This document shows, one piece after another, positions 27,872 through 37,397 of a stretch of DNA of 64,000 bases (position 1 is its first letter; the number at the start of each line of letters is the position of its first letter). The notes below the pieces were generated by a model that saw nothing but the letters and a program-made list of their open reading frames with translations, was not told the origin of the DNA and did no database searches. The translations under genes and the position numbers were made by a program. Source of the DNA: Terriglobia bacterium (GTDB lineage: Bacteria; Acidobacteriota; Terriglobia; 20CM-2-55-15); contig CAXWPJ010000009.1 of NCBI GenBank assembly GCA_963664115.2, forward strand, positions 256,001 to 320,000, given 5' to 3'.

Positions 27872-28036
27872 TGTACGTCGTCAGAGTAATTCGGACAGAA
27901 GGGCTGTCTCTCCAAGAGACGGCTTTTAAGTTATACCACTTCAGTCCTCAAGTTTGCGATCCGACGCTCGGCCAGCGTTCGCTGCTTGATTCTCTCCCGA
28001 CGGGAGAGGATTTCCTCCTGATGGCCAAAGAACACT
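27872..28036 (-). mobile_element. Remnant of a second IS: transposase C-terminus plus right terminal IR
   Basis: Minus strand EVFFGHQEEILSRRERIKQRTLAERRIANLRTEVV* resembles IS3/IS481-type transposase tails; followed by ...CTGTCCGAATTACTCTGACGACGTACA end. Confidence 0.65.
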
Positions 28037-28573
28037 TCCAGACACTTCTTCCGAAACCTCTTTCTCCATACGGCCCACAAGCTGGGCCTGTTCAAATACC
28101 TTGCTGCCTCCGCCACCATCCAGTATCCCGAAGAACTCCGGCCGCTGATGTCACGCTACCGAAGCCGCCACCGGCTGACCGTGCGCGACGACAACACACC
28201 ACGCTGCGTCGGATGTATGCTGTGTGAAACGGTCTGCCCGGCCCACTGCATTACGATCGTGGCCGGGGAACACCCCGACCCCAATGTCGAGAAATATCCG
28301 ATCCGCTTCGACATCGATCTGGGGATGTGCGTCTATTGTGGTTACTGCGTCGAGGTATGCCCTGAGGATGCGATCCGGATGGACACGGGAATTCTCGATC
28401 TGGCGGCTTACTCGAGGGAGGCCATGCAGTTGGACATCCACGAACTCATGGACCCGAAGCTGCACAAACCCATCCCCCAGTGCGACCTCGATTTCCCGCA
28501 CAAGTGCGAGGTGAGCGGGGGCGAGATGAAGGGAAGCTGGGAAGAGGTCGACAAATCACAGACAGCGAACTGA
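28037..28573 (+). pseudogene. nuoI: 5'-truncated second copy of nuoI (direct repeat copy 2) with an alternative C-terminus
   Basis: Homology starts at 28037, in-frame TGA at 28019; both 4Fe-4S motifs kept; ends WEEVDKSQTAN*. Confidence 0.9.
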
Positions 28574-28775
28574 CCACCCCCGCTCAGCAGACTCGCCAAA
28601 GCTGAGATAAAGCTCACCCGTCATATCCACTGTGATTCTGTTTATCTGTGCGGTTGTTGACTCGTGCCAAGAACTCAATCTTCTGACAGGCGAATGGACT
28701 CACTCACGCAGAAATCTGGCAATAGGCGGCGTGTTGGTGCAGTATGCAGGTATTACGAACTTGGAGGATAGATCA

Positions 28776-29735
28776 GTGATTCGTCTAATTCGAGTATCCC
28801 GGCCAGCGGTTCGTCACGCAGTGTGGGTCGCGCTTTGCGCTTCGGCCCTCTTCGCCACGTTTTCATCTTTCGGAAATGCCAGCCAGATTCAATCCCTATC
28901 AGACGGTGTTTACTCCACCCCGCAGGCGGAGCGGGCGCAGCTGATTTACCAGGCCCAGTGCGCGATGTGTCATGGCAATGCGCTCCAAGGCGCCAGCGAG
29001 GGATCGCCGCTGACGGGGGAGGGTTTCCTCTCGAACTGGAGTGGACAACCGTTATCGGATCTCGTCGACAAGATCGAGAACACGATGCCCTTCGGCGCGC
29101 CCGGAAGCCTTAGCCGGCAGCAAGCAACCGACCTCACGGCTTACATTCTCCAGGCCGGTGAATTCCCGGCCGGTCAAGCGGATCTCGCCGAAGATGCACT
29201 GACCCGAATCGCGCTTCCCACGGTTAGCCCATCTCCGGGAAACGACACGCGTTTGTCTGGCACGTCTCTCCCTCCGCCCGAAGGAAACCTCGCCGAGTTG
29301 ATGCGGGGCATCGCGTTCCCCAATTCAAATATCATATTTAACCTTCAGGTCAAGAATCCCGATGACGAGCCGGCTAAGGCGATGCCGATACCTTTTGACT
29401 ACGTCGAATGGGGGACCACTATTTATCCCGGGTGGCTGCAGATCGATCAGGCCGCGGTTGCTCTCACCGAAACGGCACCGCTCCTCTTAACACCAGGACG
29501 ACAGTGTCAGAACGGCAGGCCGGTTCCGGTGGATCGCGCTGATTGGCAGCAGTACGTGGCGGACTTGGTGGAAGTCGGGCAGGTCCTTTATCAGGCGTCG
29601 AAAGCGAGAGACTATCAAGCGCTGGTGGACTTGAGCGAGGACCTCAACGATGCGTGCGGGAACTGCCACGCGGTTTATCGCGATATGGGCGGCAGCGAGG
29701 GCAGTGGAGCAAACCGCTGCATCGTTGAACCATGA
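28776..29735 (+). CDS. Exported di-heme c-type cytochrome
   Basis: GGAGGA RBS plus GTG 28776, signal peptide, GVYSTPQAERA..YQAQCAMCHG and C-terminal CGNCH. Confidence 0.85.
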   Translation: MIRLIRVSRPAVRHAVWVALCASALFATFSSFGNASQIQSLSDGVYSTPQAERAQLIYQAQCAMCHGNALQGASEGSPLTGEGFLSNWSGQPLSDLVDKIENTMPFGAPGSLSRQQATDLTAYILQAGEFPAGQADLAEDALTRIALPTVSPSPGNDTRLSGTSLPPPEGNLAELMRGIAFPNSNIIFNLQVKNPDDEPAKAMPIPFDYVEWGTTIYPGWLQIDQAAVALTETAPLLLTPGRQCQNGRPVPVDRADWQQYVADLVEVGQVLYQASKARDYQALVDLSEDLNDACGNCHAVYRDMGGSEGSGANRCIVEP

Positions 29736-29784
29736 GTCGCAATCGGGGCGACCAGCCGTGGCATGATCGGGCGTGACTTTCCGT

Positions 29785-31191
29785 TCAGGGAATATCGGCG
29801 ATCCACTCCCCGGCTTGCATCACCTTGAAGATTTTCTGCGTGTTTCGGATATCGAGGGTCGGATCGGCGTCGAGGAGCACGAGATCGGCGGCCTTGCCTT
29901 TCTCCAGAGTTCCCGTCTCTCGACTTCTCCCCATGACCGCGGCAGCGTTTTGCGTGGCGGCGACGAGAACATCCAGAGGCCGCATGCCCGCTTCAGCCAT
30001 GAGCTCCATCTCTCTGTGGAGCGCGGGACCGTGGAGCGTCCCGATGTTGCCGGCGTCGCTACCTGCAGCGATCCGGACACCGGCGGCGTAAAGACGTTGC
30101 AGATTGAGAAATTCAGTCGGACGCATGCTGAGTAGCGTGGCCGGGGGCACACCCCCGGCGATCGAATCGGGAGAAATTCTCGACAGCTCTTCCCATGACC
30201 CGATGGCTTCCGGATCTCCCAGACGCTGTTCGATCTCGCTGAGACTCACCGCCTGCCCGAAGACTTCGTCGTAACCTTCGGTCACCAGCAGCGTGGGAAT
30301 GTAGATGAGGTCGCGCGCCTTCAGCAGAGTAATGAACGCGTCATCCACCGGCTGGTCCTCGACGCTGTGTACGAGAATGTCGGCGCCTGACTCGACCCCG
30401 GCTCTCGCTGTCGCTAACTCGGTGGCATGCACCGCAACTCGAAGCCCCAATCTGTGACTCTCAGCAATGGTGGCTTCAACCAAGGCCGCATAGTGGTCAA
30501 AATCGTCAAAGGGATGGTAGAGGAACAGGATCTTGATCAGGTCTGATCCGCGTTCTACGATCCGTTGTACGGTCTGACGGGCATCAGAAGCAGTCTCGAC
30601 AGCGATAACGGGAGGATCCGCGCTCTCCAGCTGGGGATCGGGTTCGGTCGATATCAGCGGACCGGTCACGACTATACTCGGCGCGTCCGGGGAAGCACGG
30701 TTCGCGTCCCGAAGGTCGAAAGTCCACATCGGGCCGCCCATGTCCACCACACCCGTCACACCCGACCAGAGGTAGCGGAGCAGGGTCTGGGGCAGTCGCT
30801 GCCGGGTCCTCGCAACTTCGGCGGCATAGCTTCGGACGCTTCGCAAATCCAAGAGGTCGGGCCGGGTGAACAGGCCGGCCGACTGGTCGAAATGGACGTG
30901 AGCGTCGATCAGACCAGGAATCGCGAACTTTCCCGTGGCATCAACGACAGTTGCGCCGGGGACAACCGGGATCGTTTCTCTTCGACCGATATCGCGAATA
31001 CGCCCGTCTTCGACGACGATGGCGCCATTCTCCAATACGGGCGTTCCGGTTCCGTCGATGATCGTGACCCGATCAATCACCGTAACCGGTACTGGTAGTT
31101 GCGGGGTGGCACCGAGAGACAGGAAGAGCAACAGCGCTACCCAGCTGCGGCCGAGCAATTTCCGGCCAGTCATCATCCGGTATATCGGCAT
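29785..31191 (-). CDS. Exported amidohydrolase-family protein
   Basis: PGLIDAHVHF, VAVHAT, LVHSV, AGSDAGN, GTLEKGKAADLVLLDADP; start uncertain (31191/31176/31173). Confidence 0.88.
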   Translation of the reverse strand: MPIYRMMTGRKLLGRSWVALLLFLSLGATPQLPVPVTVIDRVTIIDGTGTPVLENGAIVVEDGRIRDIGRRETIPVVPGATVVDATGKFAIPGLIDAHVHFDQSAGLFTRPDLLDLRSVRSYAAEVARTRQRLPQTLLRYLWSGVTGVVDMGGPMWTFDLRDANRASPDAPSIVVTGPLISTEPDPQLESADPPVIAVETASDARQTVQRIVERGSDLIKILFLYHPFDDFDHYAALVEATIAESHRLGLRVAVHATELATARAGVESGADILVHSVEDQPVDDAFITLLKARDLIYIPTLLVTEGYDEVFGQAVSLSEIEQRLGDPEAIGSWEELSRISPDSIAGGVPPATLLSMRPTEFLNLQRLYAAGVRIAAGSDAGNIGTLHGPALHREMELMAEAGMRPLDVLVAATQNAAAVMGRSRETGTLEKGKAADLVLLDADPTLDIRNTQKIFKVMQAGEWIADIP

Positions 31192-31225
31192 GCTCGGATA
31201 GTATGCAGGAGCCGGTCCGTAACCC

Positions 31226-31253
31226 AACAAAAAAGGCCGCCTTTGGGCGACCC
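31226..31253 (-). terminator. Intrinsic terminator
   Basis: Minus strand GGTCGCC-CAAA-GGCGGCC-TTTTTTGTT. Confidence 0.75.
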
Positions 31254-31355
31254 TGCCGCACTCTCTGACAGGCTGACGTTATTGAATGAGTTCGAGGCTC
31301 TGGTCCCGAGCGACTCGGTTCTTCCGTCAGCTCTAGCCGATCGATGCCGTGTGAC
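31226..31355 (-). ncRNA. Candidate structured small RNA or attenuator leader
   Basis: TTGACG (31383-31378) upstream, GCTGACG/CGTCAGC stem enclosing a CCGAG/CTCGG hairpin, then the terminator. Confidence 0.35.
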
Positions 31356-31412
31356 GCTTACTAAACCGCCCGCCTCTCGTCAAAAACTGGGTAACTTCAA
31401 GGAGGACCCGCT

Positions 31413-32009
31413 ATGACACGAAGTCTGCTTTCAGTCATGTTGTTTGTCGTACTTCTCGGCCCCAACGCGGGGGTTCGGGCGCTCGATGCGGCACCGATGG
31501 ATTCAACTTCCGCAGCTCGTCCCGACGTTGATGCCGGAACGGCAATCGCGGCAGCCGACTCTGATCAAGCCCTGGCGGACGCCGCCGCCGGCGCAATGCG
31601 ACGATACGCGTTTTACGATGTCTTCGGTTGGGTCACGGCGACAGCCGAGAATGGTGTCGTGACATTGGACGGCGTCGTCCGTGAACCTTTCCAGAAGCGC
31701 GGGCACGAAACTCTGGTCGCACGCCTCTCCGGGGCCGAGACCGTGGTCAACAACATCGAGGCGCTGCCCCTGTCCGCGTTCGATGACCAGATCCGTAGAG
31801 CGGCCATCCGCGCAATAGACCGCGAGACAACGCTCGCACCCCTCATGCGACAGCCTAGACCTGCGATCCACATTGTTGTCGCCAACGGCAGGGTTCGTCT
31901 CGAAGGTGTGGTCCGAACCGAGCTGGACCGGATGCTGGCTGAATCCGGCATTCGAAAAAGTACAACAGCTTTCGAGATCATCAACAACTTGCAGGTCAAG
32001 TCCAGCTGA
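31413..32009 (+). CDS. BON-domain exported protein (two BON domains)
   Basis: AAGGAGG RBS; ENGVVTLDGVV...VVNNIEALP and IHIVVANGRVRLEGVV...INNLQV. Confidence 0.88.
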   Translation: MTRSLLSVMLFVVLLGPNAGVRALDAAPMDSTSAARPDVDAGTAIAAADSDQALADAAAGAMRRYAFYDVFGWVTATAENGVVTLDGVVREPFQKRGHETLVARLSGAETVVNNIEALPLSAFDDQIRRAAIRAIDRETTLAPLMRQPRPAIHIVVANGRVRLEGVVRTELDRMLAESGIRKSTTAFEIINNLQVKSS

Positions 32010-32010
32010 T

Positions 32011-33618
32011 TCAGCTGCTATCCGGCGCACTGGCGCGCGAAGCGGACCGCGGGGTCCGCTTTCGCCCCCAACCCCCGCCGCCGGGCGTCTCTATCGAGAG
32101 CACATCTCCAGCCTCTGCACGGAGCGTAAACTTCGAGGGAAGTTCTTCGACCGATCCATTCTGACGCCGTATACGGTTTCGACCCGCGCGACCCGGCTTG
32201 CCTCCTCTCAAACCGTACGGAACCGAGAGGCGTCGGTCAGAGAGAACGGTCAGTTGTGTCGGCGCCAGAAAGCGAATCTCGCGAACGATGCCGTCGCCTC
32301 CGCGCCATCGGCCTTCTCCGCCTGAATCCGGGCGCAAGCCGTATTGTTCGATCCGAACCGGATAGGCGAATTCGATCGCTTCGATCGGCGTGTTCATTGA
32401 ATTCGTCATGTGCGTGTGGACGCCGGATATCCCGTCCAAACCCGGTCGCGCACCCATCCCGCCGGCAATCGTCTCGTAGTAAGCGAACGGGTGCCCAGTG
32501 ACGGCGTCCGTACCACCGAACGTCACGTTGTTCATCGTCCCCTGGCTGGCGGCCGGTATCCTGTCGGGCAATGCTTCGGCCAGGCATCGGTACAGGACGT
32601 CCGCGATCCGCTGCGAAGTTTCTACGTTGCCGCCGGAAACGGCGGCAGGTGGACGGGCGTTGACGACGGTTCCTTCGGGCGCGACGATTTCCAGCGGACG
32701 CATACCGCCCTCGGTCGAAGGGATAGAGACGGGAACGAGAGTCCGAAAAACATAGAACACAACGGACGCAGTGATCGCGTACACGGCATTGACGCTGCCG
32801 GCAACCTGGGGATCGGTTCCGGAAAAATCGACGCGTGCCTTGCTCCCACGGATGTCGATCCGAACCCGTATCCTAATCGGATCCTCCGAGATGCCGTCGT
32901 TGTCGAGTACGTCCTCCGCCCGGTACGTGCCGTTCGGGATCTGAGAGATCAGGTGTCGCGTCATCCGTTCGGTGTAGTTGAGGAGTTCTGAAATATAATT
33001 TTCGACTTCCTTCCAACCGTATTTCCCGACAACGTCCGACAGGCGCCTCTCTCCGGTACGATTCGCAGCCAGCATTGCCGCCATGTCACCCTCGCGCTCC
33101 CCCGGCGTACGGACGTTCGCCAGGACGATGTCCCACACGTCCCGGTTGATCTCGCCTCCAGTCATGAGCTTGACCGGAGGTATGCGCAGTCCTTCCTGAT
33201 AGATCTCCTCGGCCAGCGGCATCGAACCTGGGGACATCCCCCCAATATCGGAATGATGGGCACGGCACGCGACATAGAACAGCAGTTTTCGTTTTCGATA
33301 CACACCGGACACAAGAGTGATATCCGGAAGATGGGTGCCTCCTTCGTAAGGATCATTCAGAACGATCATGTCACCCGGACCGAGTGCCCGTTTCCTGATT
33401 GCCGCGGCAACGGAGAGCGGCATCGATCCCAGGTGGACCGGCATGTGGTCTCCCTGCGCAACCATCCGCCCGCGGTTATCGAAGACAGCGCAGGAATAAT
33501 CGCGCCTTTCTTTGATGTTGGGAGAGTACGCAGTCCGCCTGAGAGTCGCACCCATTTCCTCAGCGATCGAATGGAAGAGGCTCTTGAATATTTCCAGTTT
33601 TACCGGGTCAACCTTCAT
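32011..33618 (-). CDS. Hydantoinase B/5-oxoprolinase family protein
   Basis: RTAYSPNIKERRDYSCA, PVHLGSM, NDPYEGGTHLPD, HHSDIGG, TPGGGGWG. Confidence 0.93.
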   Translation of the reverse strand: MKVDPVKLEIFKSLFHSIAEEMGATLRRTAYSPNIKERRDYSCAVFDNRGRMVAQGDHMPVHLGSMPLSVAAAIRKRALGPGDMIVLNDPYEGGTHLPDITLVSGVYRKRKLLFYVACRAHHSDIGGMSPGSMPLAEEIYQEGLRIPPVKLMTGGEINRDVWDIVLANVRTPGEREGDMAAMLAANRTGERRLSDVVGKYGWKEVENYISELLNYTERMTRHLISQIPNGTYRAEDVLDNDGISEDPIRIRVRIDIRGSKARVDFSGTDPQVAGSVNAVYAITASVVFYVFRTLVPVSIPSTEGGMRPLEIVAPEGTVVNARPPAAVSGGNVETSQRIADVLYRCLAEALPDRIPAASQGTMNNVTFGGTDAVTGHPFAYYETIAGGMGARPGLDGISGVHTHMTNSMNTPIEAIEFAYPVRIEQYGLRPDSGGEGRWRGGDGIVREIRFLAPTQLTVLSDRRLSVPYGLRGGKPGRAGRNRIRRQNGSVEELPSKFTLRAEAGDVLSIETPGGGGWGRKRTPRSASRASAPDSS

Positions 33619-33631
33619 AGTCGTTTTTTTT

Positions 33632-33710
33632 CAACGCAGAGACGCAGAGGACGCAATGTATATATTTCCTGCTCTCATTTCTTTCTTTGCGCCATTGCGC
33701 CTTTGCGGTT
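33632..33710. repeat. Imperfect palindromic element built from CGCA(A/G)AG units
   Basis: CAACGCAGAGACGCAGAGGACGCAA ... CTTTGCGCCATTGCGCCTTTGCGGTT. Confidence 0.7.
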
Positions 33711-35687
33711 CATTCCCTTCTTCATAAGTACCAGGTTCCCAAATTTATCGACATCGCACTGGAATCTCGGGGGCACGAACGTAGTCGAGCTGTACTCGCC
33801 TATGATGGCGGGTCCCTTGATTACGTCTCCGTATGTCAACGACTGCCGGTCATGCACCTCGGCCTTCAGTCGGCCGCGCGCGAACCACAGAGGGGCGGTT
33901 TCGAGTGGAACCGGGTGGCGCCGAGAGCGGCGAAACGACGGCATTGCCGGCTTCGCGGTTTTTCCCGTAAGGGTCGACCGGACGCTGACGACTTCGAGAG
34001 TGCTGTCCGGATCGAAATGTCCATAACGCTTTTCATGCGTTCGGTGAAATTCGTCTTCCCATTTTTCGTCATAACGAATACTCAGTTCATACGATTGGCC
34101 GACGTAACGCACGTCCATAAAGTCCATCATCACGATGTCCTTCCGGCGGAAACCTTCTTCCTTCAAGTCCGCCAATCCCTCCCGATGCAATCCGGACAGG
34201 GCCTTCCGGATGTTCGACCGAGTCGGTCGGGTCCCGAGCAGAGTTTTCGAGTAGTCCTTGCGCGCATCGGCCAGAAGAAGTCCCAGGGCCGACAGGGCGC
34301 CCGGGTGCGGGGGAACGACGACACGGGGAATGCCGAGGCCCTCGGCCAATGTTGCAGCATGGAGTGCGCCTCCACCGCCGAAACACACCAATGTGAACTC
34401 GCGCACGTCGTGACCCCGCTCGATGGAAATCAGGCGGATGGCCTGCTCCATGTTGTTGTTGACGACGTCGATAACCCCGGCGGCCAAACTCTCGACATTC
34501 TTCCACTGACCGGTCGCCGTCATCCGTCGAAGAGCGGGTCCGATCCGTTCCGGTGCCAGCCGCATGCTGCCCCCGAGAAAAAAGCGCGGCAACAAACGCC
34601 CGAGGATGACGTTGGCATCGGTCACCGTAAAAGCGGTTCCCGTCCCGTAGCATATCGGTCCGGGTTCCGCACCTGCGCTTTCAGGACCCACGCGGAGCGC
34701 CCCACCAGCGTCGACTTCCGCAATCGAACCGCCGCCCGCCCCAACGGTATGGATGTCCATCATCGGAATACCGATGGGCATGCCTCCGACTTCGCCTTCG
34801 TGGCTGACCCGTATCGCGCCATCGAACAAAGCCACGTCCGTTGAAGTCCCGCCCATATCGAAAGTAATGATCTTCGAATACCCTGCCCGCTGAGCGAGGG
34901 AAAGGGCCCCGACTACACCACCCGCCGGTCCGGACAGAATCGTCCGGACGGGCTCTGCCACGGCTGTCTCCGTCTTGACCGTTCCTCCGTTCGACTGCAT
35001 GACGCGCAACCTCGTAGGGGAAAGCTCTCCTTCGAGGCGGCCCAGGTAGCGGCTCATGACGGGTGCGAGATAGGCGTTGATCAATGTCGTCGAAGTCCGT
35101 TCGTATTCACGGTACTCAGGAAGAATTACCGAAGACAAAGAAATCGGCACTTTGAGTTTTTCCAGGGCGTCCCGGAGCTGCAGTTCGTGAGATGGATTCT
35201 GAAACGAAAACAACAGCGATACCGCGATCGACTCGACCTTTGCCCTTCGAAGTCGCGATACCAGGTCCCGGAGTTCGGTCTGGCTCAACTCGACCGCATT
35301 CGTGCCGTCATGGAAGGTTCGCTGGCGAACACCGACACGAAGAGAGTCGTCAATCAAAGGCGGCAGACGGCTTGTAAAGATGTCGTAGAGATCCGGACGG
35401 GTCTGGCGTCCGATGATCAAGACGTCTTCAAAACCGGCCGTCGTCACCAGAGCGGTTCGAGCGCCTTTGCGTTCCAGCAAGGCGTTGGTGGCTACGGTGG
35501 ATCCGTGAACGATCTCAGCAATGGATTCGATATCAGAGTGCCCGGAAGTCTTGACCCGATCCAGACCCTTCAGGATGGCCTGTTCCGGAGCCTGCGGAGT
35601 GGACGGCTCCTTAAGAATTTCGATTCGGCCTTCTCGGATCGACACGAAATCCGTGAAGGTCCCCCCGGTATCGATACCGATTCGCAT
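33675..35687 (-). CDS. Hydantoinase A/5-oxoprolinase family protein
   Basis: IGIDTGGTFTD, HGSTVATNALLER, SGPAGGV, DMGGTSTDV, GAGGGS, TVTDAN. Confidence 0.93.
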   Translation of the reverse strand: MRIGIDTGGTFTDFVSIREGRIEILKEPSTPQAPEQAILKGLDRVKTSGHSDIESIAEIVHGSTVATNALLERKGARTALVTTAGFEDVLIIGRQTRPDLYDIFTSRLPPLIDDSLRVGVRQRTFHDGTNAVELSQTELRDLVSRLRRAKVESIAVSLLFSFQNPSHELQLRDALEKLKVPISLSSVILPEYREYERTSTTLINAYLAPVMSRYLGRLEGELSPTRLRVMQSNGGTVKTETAVAEPVRTILSGPAGGVVGALSLAQRAGYSKIITFDMGGTSTDVALFDGAIRVSHEGEVGGMPIGIPMMDIHTVGAGGGSIAEVDAGGALRVGPESAGAEPGPICYGTGTAFTVTDANVILGRLLPRFFLGGSMRLAPERIGPALRRMTATGQWKNVESLAAGVIDVVNNNMEQAIRLISIERGHDVREFTLVCFGGGGALHAATLAEGLGIPRVVVPPHPGALSALGLLLADARKDYSKTLLGTRPTRSNIRKALSGLHREGLADLKEEGFRRKDIVMMDFMDVRYVGQSYELSIRYDEKWEDEFHRTHEKRYGHFDPDSTLEVVSVRSTLTGKTAKPAMPSFRRSRRHPVPLETAPLWFARGRLKAEVHDRQSLTYGDVIKGPAIIGEYSSTTFVPPRFQCDVDKFGNLVLMKKGMNRKGAMAQRKK

Positions 35688-35986
35688 CGCGATCCATAGT
35701 AATGGATAAGGGGGCTAAGTGATCTCTTGAAAAGCCGCGCAAATTGTCACAGCCATCGGCAAGGCCCGTTCCTTCCGAATTATCTTCGCTTATCGTACGG
35801 TTTTTCACGTCTCGGTCCAGGTGCTGGATCTCAGTTTCCCCAGGCATAATTGGGAATCGAAGGCTGCGGTAGCCAGCGTGACGCGCTGGGGCGGGAACTT
35901 ACGCGTCGGGAAGCCCCCGTAAAGCAGTCGGAGGGCTGACAATTTCCCTAGGCCTTGGCTTCACGTCGACGTACACTCCCCGAATC

Positions 35987-36607
35987 ATGATGGTTTTCTG
36001 CAAGCGTTGCGGTGCGTACTCGAAAGAGGGTACGGCGCAATGCCCCAAGTGCGAGGCCGATCTATCCCAATTCGGACATGTCTCTTTTGGTGGCGGTGGA
36101 AGGGGCTCCTTCCAAGCCTCACAGGCGTCCCCTTCTCCCTCAAGCATTACGACTGATGAAGGCGCGTTGGCTTACGCGGGTTTCGGAAACCGGCTGCTGG
36201 CTTACTTGCTCGACGGCCTTATCGTTACCGTGGCCGAGAGCCTCTTTGTGGGTCTGGTCGCGGTCATCGTGGTCTTTGGGGTGGGCATGTCCGCAGTCGA
36301 TCCCTCCAATGTCATATTCCTTCTCTTTGCCGCGATAATTGCGATAGTCGTAACCTTGGGACCCCTGGCCTACGAAACAGTCATGATTTCACAGCAGGGC
36401 GCAACCTACGGCAAGGCGTTCCGGAAAGCAAAGGTCGTACGGACCAACGGTGATGCGGTTTCCTGGCAGCGCGCTCTGAGTCGGACGCTGCCGAAGGTGT
36501 TTCTGTCAGGCTTTCTCCTTGTGGGATTTTTGATGGCGCTGTTCACAGCCAAGAAGCAGACGCTTCATGACCTGATCGCCGACACGCTCGTAATTCAGCT
36601 TAATTGA
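35987..36607 (+). CDS. RDD-family membrane protein with N-terminal zinc ribbon
   Basis: CKRCG...CPKC; YAGFGNRLLAYLLD, TYGK, KQTLHDLIADTLV. Confidence 0.85.
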   Translation: MMVFCKRCGAYSKEGTAQCPKCEADLSQFGHVSFGGGGRGSFQASQASPSPSSITTDEGALAYAGFGNRLLAYLLDGLIVTVAESLFVGLVAVIVVFGVGMSAVDPSNVIFLLFAAIIAIVVTLGPLAYETVMISQQGATYGKAFRKAKVVRTNGDAVSWQRALSRTLPKVFLSGFLLVGFLMALFTAKKQTLHDLIADTLVIQLN

Positions 36608-36751
36608 GAGCGGCGCTTCCCTTTCTTTCAGGCTGTCAATAATGGCTTCTGGAGGAACCGATCGGGAAGGTCGTAGAAACTCTCGAACCATCGTGCCCGC
36701 CGCAGGTGTAACACGGTACCTTAGTCACCCGAGGTTGAGCCAGGAGGTCAG

Positions 36752-37303
36752 ATGGGTACTACCGATCTCGTAGTTGAGTTGATGGTGATTGGAGTGGGTG
36801 CGGTTTTAGCCGTACTGCTCTCAGCGTTGGCGGTATTCGGAATTCCAAGTGTTCCTTTCGAGAACTTTCTGGCTGTTCAGACCGTCGTCCCGATACTGGC
36901 AATCAATTACGTGCTGGGAATCCTCATAGATCGTTTAGCTGATAAAGCTTTCGAAAGGTGGAGCACTGAGATCCGCAAGAACTACTTCCCGGGACCCGTG
37001 GAGTACCATGCCGCTCGTCGTACGATCCTGACGAAGTCTGAACCAATCGCCGCAGTCATGCGGTACGGGCGAAGCCGAATACGAGTCGTACGTGGATGGA
37101 CCTTGAACGGAGTACTGTTGGCGTTGTCGGGTACAGCGTTCATCGCTGTCCGGGTGGACGACATTGCACTTCTGTTGACCATCTATGTATTGTCCACCGC
37201 CGCACTGACCGGTGGGTGCCTGATGGCTTGGTACCGACTAAGCGACAATGAATATCTCAAAATCAGGGAAGCAGCCGCGTTCCTCAACGAAAACTCTTCG
37301 TGA
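36752..37303 (+). CDS. Hypothetical four-TM membrane protein
   Basis: AGGAGG RBS, four hydrophobic segments. Confidence 0.7.
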   Translation: MGTTDLVVELMVIGVGAVLAVLLSALAVFGIPSVPFENFLAVQTVVPILAINYVLGILIDRLADKAFERWSTEIRKNYFPGPVEYHAARRTILTKSEPIAAVMRYGRSRIRVVRGWTLNGVLLALSGTAFIAVRVDDIALLLTIYVLSTAALTGGCLMAWYRLSDNEYLKIREAAAFLNENSS

Positions 37304-37397
37304 GTCGCAAACGCTCTAACGCGCCGATGGATAGACGCTGGCATGCCGGCCGCTCTTCGCCGATCCCTTATGCCTCCAGATCACGGTAACGAACACC

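Larger units (their letters stand above)
21812..28036. mobile_element. Inserted cargo/islet between the two nuoI repeats
   Basis: Bounded by the nuoI direct repeats; visibly AT-richer sulfatase gene; contains a complete IS3 element and an IS remnant; no integrase inside. Confidence 0.75.

Noticed and set aside
21937-27989. 20/25-nt similarity between 21937-21961 and 27965-27989 as att sites
   Set aside because: Short and GC-rich; the second copy lies inside the IS remnant coding sequence and the first does not translate to a similar peptide, so it is probably chance.
27763-28227. 154-aa ORF spanning the IS remnant and the nuoI copy
   Set aside because: A chimeric out-of-frame read-through of unrelated fragments.
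21306-28542. nuoI repeats as a diversity-generating retroelement TR/VR pair
   Set aside because: Mismatches are few, mostly silent and not confined to adenines, and there is no reverse transcriptase in the window.
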